From NCBI RefSeq assembly GCF_000018105.1, contig NC_009927.1, positions 180,001 to 212,000 of the forward strand: a stretch of DNA of 32,000 nt. The letters are read 5' to 3'. The notes below the pieces were generated by a model, which saw nothing but the letters and a program-made list of their open reading frames with translations, was not told where the DNA came from and did no database searches. This document shows, one piece after another, positions 7,222 to 14,264 of the stretch (its first letter is position 1; each line of letters opens with the position of its first letter). This DNA comes from Acaryochloris marina MBIC11017 (GTDB lineage Bacteria > Cyanobacteriota > Cyanobacteriia > Thermosynechococcales > Thermosynechococcaceae). Both the position numbers and the translations under genes were made by a program.

Positions 7222-8004
7222 CTACTGAAGAGGCCTGGGCGCAGAACAAACGACTCGAAAACCGAGATTGCTGCTGAGGCTCTTGGGGCTGTCGTTGTTG
7301 CGGTAAGCAGAGCGGCAAATCCTCGGATAGTGTTTCCAGGAGCCGCCGCGACGAATCCGACCAGCGCTTTCATTCTTAGACAACCAAGCACTCCCATCTG
7401 TGGGGGCACCTTTGTAACTGTCATGCCAATGGTCTTGGCACCATTCAAAAACATTTCCATACATATCACTCAGACCAAAAGCATTGGCTATGCCGAAGTG
7501 ATCGACAGGGGTTGTTTCTTCGCCCACATAATTAGCGACATCATTAGTGATGGTTTCCCCAAAATAGTAAGGAGTGGTGGTGCCTGCTCGACAAGCATAT
7601 TCCCACTCTGCTTCACTAGGTAATCGATATGGACGCTTCGTTAGGCTATCTAGTCGATTGCAGAATTCAACAGCCTCATACCAAGAAACTTGTTCAACGG
7701 GACGATTTTCGCCTTTAAAGTAAGAAGGTTCTGATTTTAAAGAACGCTCTACTGTTTCTAATTCAGCTACCACTTTCCACTGAGCTTGAGTGACGGGATA
7801 ACGTGACATAAAAAACGCCGGAACCGTCACCTCATGTTGTGGATCTTCGCGGCCCAATCGATCAGGCTCATCTTCTGGAGAACCCATCATAAAGGTGCCG
7901 CCCGGTACGAGAACCATATGGAGAGGCAAAGCATTGGGAATCTCTAACAGGGGTTCAATATATCCACTGCCAGTACGAGGGGTGCGTCGAAGGGTAGGGG
8001 CCAT
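7222..8004 (-). CDS. stand-alone FGE-sulfatase-fold (FGS/C-type-lectin-fold) protein, DGR target 1
   Basis: Family signatures [54 protein letters not shown] and RRGGSW...CRSAYR...[10 protein letters not shown]. No signal peptide or TM. Confidence 0.9.
   Translation of the reverse strand: MAPTLRRTPRTGSGYIEPLLEIPNALPLHMVLVPGGTFMMGSPEDEPDRLGREDPQHEVTVPAFFMSRYPVTQAQWKVVAELETVERSLKSEPSYFKGENRPVEQVSWYEAVEFCNRLDSLTKRPYRLPSEAEWEYACRAGTTTPYYFGETITNDVANYVGEETTPVDHFGIANAFGLSDMYGNVFEWCQDHWHDSYKGAPTDGSAWLSKNESAGRIRRGGSWKHYPRICRSAYRNNDSPKSLSSNLGFRVVCSAPRPLQ
7235..7355 (-). repeat. DGR variable repeat VR1 (3' end of 7222..8004)
   Basis: Aligns base-for-base with the TR at offset -951. Encodes [37 protein letters not shown]. 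Confidence 0.75.
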
Positions 8005-8177
8005 AGCAGTTTTTTGTAGGAGGGCCAGCTAAGTTTTCGGTTTCCCTACCAAAGTAGCCAGCCCAGGTTTATTTTTGGACAGCCCAACGGACCATCACTG
8101 GAATAGGCTCTGGACTCTTCTGGGGCACACCCGACAGATTCCCATCTGCCAGTTCTGGCCTGCTATTGCTAGCGGTA

Positions 8178-8306
8178 GAAGAGTGCTGGGCGCAGAACAA
8201 ACGACTCGAAAACCGATATTGTTGTTGCGGTTCTCGGGGTTGTTGTTGTTGCGGTAAGCAGAGCGGCAATTCCTCGGATTGTTGTTCCAGGAGCCGCTGC
8301 TTTGCG
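8178..8306 (-). other. DGR template repeat (TR), non-coding copy of the FGS C-terminus
   Basis: The minus strand reads ...[38 protein letters not shown] with 12 AAC/AAT codons. There is no upstream FGS domain, no start codon and no stop-flank element. Mismatches to the four VRs are almost all at TR adenines. Confidence 0.8.
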
Positions 8307-8407
8307 GCCTACCCCAGAAATTAGCATAACTGGACTGACCTTATTGATGGCAAGGATACTGAGTTTCTTTATGCTGAATGGCGTCCTTTCTTTGATCACA
8401 TCTAACG

Positions 8408-8545
8408 ATGAATACTGAATTGCCCATCATCCAGAAAACCTACGACCTGATTAAATGGTATGTCCCGATCATCAATCGATTGCCCGGAGTTCATCGGTTT
8501 CAACTGGGAGAAAAGAGCAGACCATTAAAATTCGTAAAAGGGTAA
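8408..8545 (+). pseudogene. avd: truncated avd (DGR accessory variability determinant), 45 codons
   Basis: [36 protein letters not shown] matches my recollection of the N-terminus of cyanobacterial four-helix-bundle Avd proteins (about 115-130 aa). The frame degenerates and stops where the conserved 3' flank of the 8558..9394 gene begins. Confidence 0.55.
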
Positions 8546-8557
8546 GAGGGTATAGGA

Positions 8558-9394
8558 CTACGGAAGAGACCTGGGCGCAGAACACACTACACGAAAACCG
8601 ATACTGTTGTCGCGGAACTTGGGGTTGTCGTAGTAGCGGTAAGCAGAGCGGCAATACCTCGGATTGAAGTCCCAGGAGCCGCCGCGACGAACTCGATATG
8701 CACTGTCATTCTCAGATATCCAAGCACTTCCATCTGTGGGGCCACCATCATAATCATGCCAATGGTCTTGGCACCATTCCCAGACATTCCCATGCAGATC
8801 ACTCAGACCAAACGCATTGCCTCCACCAAAGTGATCTACGGGAGTCGTTTGTTGGCGGTATTCTCCTTTGGGGCCACCACCATAGGACCCTGACAAGCCG
8901 ATAGATTCATCACCAATTCCATCGTAATTTGCTAGGTCAGTGGTAATCGTTTCTCCAAAGTGAAATGGGGTTGTGGTGTCCGCTCGACAGGCATATTCCC
9001 ACTCTGCTTCCGTGGGTAAACGATATTGTCGATTTGTGAGGTTGGTGATGCGATCGCAAAACTCAACTGCGTCATACCAAGACACTTTCTCAACTGGGTT
9101 GAGGTCACCTTTGAAATTCGATGGTTCAGAATCTAGCTCCCGATTAACTTGTTCCATCGCTGCTACCACCCGCCATTGGGCTTGGGTGACGGGGTATTGA
9201 GCCATAAAAAACCGAGAAAGGGTTACCTCATGCTGCGGTCCTTCAAAGTCTGAGCGGTCAACTTCCTCATTCGGAGAACCCATCAGAAAAGTTCCAGCAG
9301 GTATCTGCATCATCCGCAAAGGCAGCACGCCCTCAGCAAGAATCTCGTCGTAGAACTGGAGTGGGGCTTTGGTTTTGGTTATCGTATAACTCAC
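8558..9394 (-). CDS. stand-alone FGE-sulfatase-fold protein, DGR target 2
   Basis: Same signatures: [52 protein letters not shown] and RRGGSW...CRSAYR...[10 protein letters not shown]. Confidence 0.9.
   Translation of the reverse strand: MSYTITKTKAPLQFYDEILAEGVLPLRMMQIPAGTFLMGSPNEEVDRSDFEGPQHEVTLSRFFMAQYPVTQAQWRVVAAMEQVNRELDSEPSNFKGDLNPVEKVSWYDAVEFCDRITNLTNRQYRLPTEAEWEYACRADTTTPFHFGETITTDLANYDGIGDESIGLSGSYGGGPKGEYRQQTTPVDHFGGGNAFGLSDLHGNVWEWCQDHWHDYDGGPTDGSAWISENDSAYRVRRGGSWDFNPRYCRSAYRYYDNPKFRDNSIGFRVVCSAPRSLP
8571..8691 (-). repeat. DGR variable repeat VR2
   Basis: Aligns with the TR. Encodes [37 protein letters not shown]. Confidence 0.75.
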
Positions 9395-9436
9395 TGGAAA
9401 ATTCTTAAGAAAGTAATAGGGTAAAAGGGTAAAGGG

Positions 9437-12400
9437 CTACGGAAGAGACCTGGGCGCGGAACAAACGACTCGAAAACCGATAAGGTTGTCGCGGCCACCG
9501 GGGCCGTCGTTGAGGCGGGAAGCAGAGCGGCAATTCCTCGGAGGGCCGAGCCAGGAGCCGCCGCGACGCATCCGACGAGTGCTTTCATTCTCAGACAACC
9601 AAGCACTCCCATCCGTGGGTGCATCATAGTAATTGACATGCCAATAGTCTTGGCACCATTCCCAAACATTTCCATGCATGTCACTGAGACCAAACGCATT
9701 GGCAAAACTAAAATAATCTATAGGTGTTGTTTCTCCTCTTCTTTCACCTTTTGGACCATCTACAAAAGCACTTCCGCTGTAGTTAGCGACATCAGTAGTG
9801 ATCATGTCACCAAAGTGGAACGGGGTAGTGGTGCCCGCTCGACAGGCATATTCCCATTCGGCCTCCGTGGGTAATCGGTATTCACGGCCCGTGTATCTAG
9901 AAAGACGGTCACAAAACTCTATCGCGTCGAACCAGGATACTTTTTCTATTGGCCTATTATCCCCTTTGAATCTAGCTGGATCAGTCTCTAGTTCACGCTC
10001 AATCTGAGGTTGATTTGCAACGACTCGCCACTGAGCCTGGGTAATCGGGTAACGGCCTATAAAAAAGGACTCAACTGTAACTTGATGCTGAGGACCTTCA
10101 CGAACAAGCCTCTCAGGTTCAGTGTTTGGTGAACCCATCATAAAGGTACCAGCAGGTATTGATACCATTTCTAAATCTATTTTATCTAGTAGCCGCTCTA
10201 TATATCTATTTGCTGACTGTTGGTGTTGTTCCGTTTCCCATTTTTTCTGGCTCAAAATCAACTTAGCAACTGTAAAATCAAAGGATTCCACATTGATCGC
10301 ATCAGATATAGATTCCTCTGGCTGCAACCTTAAAATCGTGAAATCTCCTGTTTGCAACGGTGGCGGAAAGATATCTTGTTGAGAAGGCGGTACAAGGAGT
10401 GGATCATCCCAAAGGAAGGCTAGATCCCTAGCCCAATGGAATAATGGATTATCCTCTGTTGCTGCAAGACGAACGGCGAACACCTTCATGGGAATCTGCT
10501 CCATTGTTCCGTTGAGGATGTTCTCATTAAGAAACTGTTGCCAATTATCAGTGATTTTTTCTTTACGACTCCACAATACAATTGGAGTACCATTTTCAAG
10601 TACTCCTCTAACTTCTGCACTTTGGAAACCAGAGCCAAGGGTCAAGCCTAATCGAGAGCCTTGACTTAACGAGATCAGATCTTCAGGTTGACCAAAGGGC
10701 CAATTATCAAATGCATCGTTGGAATTATCGTTCCAACGTTCTTGCAACTGTGCCCACTGTAATTGCAATTTTTGGGTATATTGAAGACTCTCAACGCGCT
10801 CTTTTAAGCGCAACACTACAAAATTACAGTCCCTGCCAATCCCTATAGGATCATCGGTATTTGATAGAGAGGGGATGCCCATCTGTTCTATCGGTAAATC
10901 TAGTAAACTCTGGGGAAGAAACAGATGGATAGTGAAAACAGTCTTTTCAGTTTGGGTACGGGCTTGCTCTAATAAGCTGGCTAAAACACTTGGAATATCT
11001 TGAAAGGTAATCCCCTCAGATAATCTAGAGTCGCTACTACCATTTCCGTATCGATTGATATCCAAGGTAGATAAATACTGAACACCTTCTCCTGTCTGGG
11101 CATTGTAATTCTTGGGATTTGGCACCAACCAAGCGTCGACAAAGTACTGATCGGCCTTGGGACTACGTTCATCAAACGAGATAAGTAAAGTAGTGAGGGG
11201 CACTTTCGGAAGAATTTCTATGTCATTGGCAAGTACCCCTTCATCAAACTCGAATGCTTCGAGTTCAGGGAAGTTGATATATTCTGAAACTTGGTAGGTT
11301 AGGGTCTCATGGGTGAAACCTTCCAACCAAGCCACTTCATTTTGACGATTTTCTAAGCCTGAATCGTCTTGCCTCTGTTGACTCTCTAATTGGCGCACGA
11401 TTTCAGCAAAATCTGACCCAGCTGTACGTAAAATCTGAGCCGTCACTTTGGCAAAGGCTTTTAATCCATATTGGTCTACCTCATCTTTCAGATCAGGAGA
11501 TAGTAAGAGAGCTTGGAAATCAGCCAGTGTACAATTCAATCGTTCTGCGACATGTTGAGATACTTTTTCGATCACCTCAAGCTTGTCTACATTGGGTAGA
11601 ACATCCAGCAGGCGGTTGCGTACCGTCTCTGGAAAAAGATATTGTACGACTTCAGACTCTAACTCTGGTGGTTGTTCAGGTGCTTTGGTTAGTAGCCCTC
11701 CCAAAAACACCTCGGCCACAGGTAGGGGGGATGAACCAGGTAAGAACTCATCTGAAGCACGGATAAGTCGCATTACAGGCAGAGTTATAACAGGTGCTGC
11801 GGATAACAACGCAGCTAATCGCCGAGCTTCTGGCGTTGCCCTTAACCGAAAGTCTTCTAGCAAGCCATCAACAATTTCTTCTGACTCCAATTCGCTGGAT
11901 GTTGGGGTTGCGGACCATCCTGTTGAAGGCAACATAAAGCCTGGAGCTGAGTAGCGTCGATCTCCCGCTAACATTCGGCTCCAAGCACCAAGATATTCAC
12001 TATCACTCGTGATGATAGGAATACAGACTGGTGATGAGGATTGGGTTTCCTGGGTTTGGTCTGGTTCTTGATCACTCCGACGGCGACCACGATTCACAGT
12101 TGATCGCAAAGACATATAAATTGGGGTTAGTTTGGTGTTTTTTGCTCCCGGTGTTCGACTACGAACAGCCACATACTCTCCAATCCCTAATGCAGTTCGT
12201 TTCCACATCCAATCGGGTAACACTTGCCAGATCGCCGTGGGTGTTGAATCTCCCCAAAGGGACAATATTGGCTGCAACGAACCATCCCACCAGTAGTTGG
12301 CTGTGCAATCACTAAAGACTAAGATCAATCGCCGAGCATCGGGAGTTAAAAGTGCGTTAGGAGAGCGTAGTACTGGATCTGGGGCAGCACAGATGCCCAC

Positions 12401-13042
12401 TTCCCCCTGCTTCACATTGAGTTGCCAAACTCGAAAATCACGAAAAGAGCCATAACAGCGTAGCAACCTCCTTATATCTTGGATTAACCTCTGCCAAAGA
12501 TCCATCGCTGGGCTGCTATCAATGACCAAGGCCACTTCATACCACGGTTCTTGGTCCGGTTCTAGGATCGGGGACCAGATATCAGTTTCAGCAATGCGCT
12601 CAACTGTCTCAGCTTCATTCACTGAACTGCAAAACTGGGAATCAATTTGCTTCAAGATAGGCTTCAGTGCCCTGACTAGGGGTAAGGTTTCATCCAGAAT
12701 GTCAGGGTCAGGAATAGAGATGGGTAAAGCTTTTTGGGGAAGTTTCCCCGAAGGCAACTCCGGTGCAACGCCAAAGTCCGGTTCGTCTACCTCGTCATTC
12801 TGGTTATCATTGTCGTCATCCTCTTCGTTTCCTGCATCCTCTTCGTTTCCATTTTCCAAGTCGAGATTGTCATCATCAACATCCTCAAGCTCCAGGTTGT
12901 CATCAGGATCTTTGTTCTCTTGATCGACATCACTAACATCAAATTTCTCTGGTTCGCGCAATGCCAGCCATAGGATTTCAGCTATTTCAGTAGGGTCTAG
13001 CTTATATTCAGTCAGAGCGGACACAAATTGCTCAGTACTCAT
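9437..13042 (-). CDS. large multidomain protein: short N-terminal helical module, acidic linker, vWA-like domain, long middle region, C-terminal FGE-sulfatase-fold sensor (DGR target 3)
   Basis: vWA-like strand/MIDAS region YEVALVIDSSPAMDLW with a later LILVFSDCTANYW. D/E/N-rich linker at aa 36-90. The C-terminal 270 aa carry all FGS signatures ([10 protein letters not shown] ... RRGGSW...CRSASR...[10 protein letters not shown]). The start lies 14 nt after the MoxR stop. Confidence 0.85.
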   Translation of the reverse strand: MSTEQFVSALTEYKLDPTEIAEILWLALREPEKFDVSDVDQENKDPDDNLELEDVDDDNLDLENGNEEDAGNEEDDDNDNQNDEVDEPDFGVAPELPSGKLPQKALPISIPDPDILDETLPLVRALKPILKQIDSQFCSSVNEAETVERIAETDIWSPILEPDQEPWYEVALVIDSSPAMDLWQRLIQDIRRLLRCYGSFRDFRVWQLNVKQGEVGICAAPDPVLRSPNALLTPDARRLILVFSDCTANYWWDGSLQPILSLWGDSTPTAIWQVLPDWMWKRTALGIGEYVAVRSRTPGAKNTKLTPIYMSLRSTVNRGRRRSDQEPDQTQETQSSSPVCIPIITSDSEYLGAWSRMLAGDRRYSAPGFMLPSTGWSATPTSSELESEEIVDGLLEDFRLRATPEARRLAALLSAAPVITLPVMRLIRASDEFLPGSSPLPVAEVFLGGLLTKAPEQPPELESEVVQYLFPETVRNRLLDVLPNVDKLEVIEKVSQHVAERLNCTLADFQALLLSPDLKDEVDQYGLKAFAKVTAQILRTAGSDFAEIVRQLESQQRQDDSGLENRQNEVAWLEGFTHETLTYQVSEYINFPELEAFEFDEGVLANDIEILPKVPLTTLLISFDERSPKADQYFVDAWLVPNPKNYNAQTGEGVQYLSTLDINRYGNGSSDSRLSEGITFQDIPSVLASLLEQARTQTEKTVFTIHLFLPQSLLDLPIEQMGIPSLSNTDDPIGIGRDCNFVVLRLKERVESLQYTQKLQLQWAQLQERWNDNSNDAFDNWPFGQPEDLISLSQGSRLGLTLGSGFQSAEVRGVLENGTPIVLWSRKEKITDNWQQFLNENILNGTMEQIPMKVFAVRLAATEDNPLFHWARDLAFLWDDPLLVPPSQQDIFPPPLQTGDFTILRLQPEESISDAINVESFDFTVAKLILSQKKWETEQHQQSANRYIERLLDKIDLEMVSIPAGTFMMGSPNTEPERLVREGPQHQVTVESFFIGRYPITQAQWRVVANQPQIERELETDPARFKGDNRPIEKVSWFDAIEFCDRLSRYTGREYRLPTEAEWEYACRAGTTTPFHFGDMITTDVANYSGSAFVDGPKGERRGETTPIDYFSFANAFGLSDMHGNVWEWCQDYWHVNYYDAPTDGSAWLSENESTRRMRRGGSWLGPPRNCRSASRLNDGPGGRDNLIGFRVVCSAPRSLP
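9450..9570 (-). repeat. DGR variable repeat VR3
   Basis: Aligns with the TR. Encodes [37 protein letters not shown]. Confidence 0.75.
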
Positions 13043-13056
13043 TTACAGCCAGCCTC

Positions 13057-14238
13057 TCAGGTCAAACGCCTTAGCAAAATCTGTTTGAGCATTTCAAGTT
13101 CAGTTTCTTTATCCTCTTCACTCAAACCCGAACCCGATAGCTGAGACTGGCGAACCATGTAAATTAAATTGAGGAGCTGATCCGTTGCCAAAGAAGACTG
13201 TTTACGCTGAAGATCCTTGGCAAAGTTCTCAATCAATTGTGCAACTTTTGGTTCTAATTCTGACCAGGGCAGTTCTGTCTTAGGGCGGTCTTTCCGCTCA
13301 AAATGAGCACCTACTATATGGGTTAAAACGGCACTGTCAGAAGGATCTGGCATCGTGATTCGCAGACAGCGGCGCAAAAAGGCGGGGGGAAAGTCACGTT
13401 CTCCGTTACTAGTCATAATCACCAAGGGGAACTCATAACAAGTAACCTTGCCTTGCTCAATGTCAGCAGGGAGACCTTCATCCTCTGTACGGACTGGAAC
13501 AGGCACATCCGTTTTGTAGCGGACGAGTTCAGGTATCTCAAAACTACCTTCTTCAAAGAGGTTGAGAAGATCATTCGGTAAATTCAGCTCGCTTTTATCA
13601 ATTTCATCTATCAGCAATACTCGGGGTAAATGGGAAGGTAAAAAAGCGGTACCTACCGGGCCAAGTTGGATATAATCGCCAAGATTTCTACCTTGTTTTA
13701 ATTCATCAATTTTGTTGTGATCTAATGGCTGATCGTCCGACTTTGCCAGCAGCAACTGGAGTTCAAGTTCCGATTTATCAAATTGGGTGTCCTGCAAACG
13801 GGCAATCGCATCATAGCGATACTGGGCATCAGAAAGCTTGGAACGAGTGGTAATGGGCCAGAGCAAAACTGGCCCCAGTTGTAATTCATAGGCGATCGCA
13901 TAGGCTAAAGAGGTCTTACCTGAACCTGGATTTCCCGTGATAAGTAGTGGACGTCGCAATGCCAAGGCTGAGTTTATAGCTGAAATAATTTCAGATTGCC
14001 TACCTTCAGATTGACGGATACGAAAGCTTTCGCCACGTTCTTTTGAACGAGTATCAAGACGATTTGAGTCTCGCAATTGCTTCCAGCGAGTTTTACTAGC
14101 ACCAGCCCACTTATCCTCAAAGATTGCTTGTGACATAAACTGCCGCCATGCGGGTCGCTCCTGAATAGGTTTCAGGGCGGCTTGGCGGGGTGTCCTATCT
14201 TCATTGGGTTGGGCTGTAAAAAATTTCCAGTCAGTCAT
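13057..14238 (-). CDS. MoxR-like AAA+ ATPase
   Basis: Walker A LLITGNPGSGKTSLA, Walker B VLLIDEIDKS, sensor-1 VIMTSN, Arg-finger region PPAFLRRC. Single AAA+ module of 393 aa. Operonic with the vWA gene, which is the classic MoxR-vWA pairing. Confidence 0.85.
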   Translation of the reverse strand: MTDWKFFTAQPNEDRTPRQAALKPIQERPAWRQFMSQAIFEDKWAGASKTRWKQLRDSNRLDTRSKERGESFRIRQSEGRQSEIISAINSALALRRPLLITGNPGSGKTSLAYAIAYELQLGPVLLWPITTRSKLSDAQYRYDAIARLQDTQFDKSELELQLLLAKSDDQPLDHNKIDELKQGRNLGDYIQLGPVGTAFLPSHLPRVLLIDEIDKSELNLPNDLLNLFEEGSFEIPELVRYKTDVPVPVRTEDEGLPADIEQGKVTCYEFPLVIMTSNGERDFPPAFLRRCLRITMPDPSDSAVLTHIVGAHFERKDRPKTELPWSELEPKVAQLIENFAKDLQRKQSSLATDQLLNLIYMVRQSQLSGSGLSEEDKETELEMLKQILLRRLT

Positions 14239-14264
14239 AGTGGAATCACCAATCTTTTGGGCTT

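Noticed and set aside
7110-7469. 119-aa ORF, with siblings at 8169..8399, 8587..8802, 9391..9705 and 16938..17198, all sharing peptides like [18 protein letters not shown]
   Set aside because: These are off-frame readings of the same VR/TR nucleotide repeat on the coding strand. Their apparent conservation only mirrors the DNA repeat. The in-frame FGS reading has all the family motifs.
7222-8004. Annotation of the FGS genes as sulfatase-maturating enzymes
   Set aside because: The first catalytic Cys position is hypervariable and never Cys. No sulfatase substrate gene is nearby. The C-terminus is a DGR target, which fits a ligand-binding C-type-lectin-fold role.
8069-8269. 66-aa and 60-aa ORFs (8069..8269 minus, 8075..8257 plus) crossing the TR
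   Set aside because: The poly-Gln reading (QQQQPREPQQQ) is the AAC-rich TR translated out of frame. There is no RBS or start context. The segment is better explained as a non-coding template repeat.
8178-8306. TR interpreted as a simple truncated FGS pseudogene
   Set aside because: A decayed paralogue would not concentrate 12 Asn codons exactly at the columns that vary among the four intact genes. Its mismatches to them would also not be restricted to its own adenines.
7200-9600. Regularly recurring ~120-170-nt repeats considered as a CRISPR-like array
   Set aside because: The repeats are too long, are coding (gene 3' ends) and are separated by 0.3-1 kb of gene sequence. No short direct repeat/spacer periodicity or cas genes are present.
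12522-12973. 133-aa and 79-aa plus-strand ORFs rich in Ser and Ile/Val
   Set aside because: They are antisense translations of the D/E/N-rich linker of the 1201-aa gene (GAx codons read in reverse give Ser-rich and Ile/Val-rich strings), so they are artefacts.
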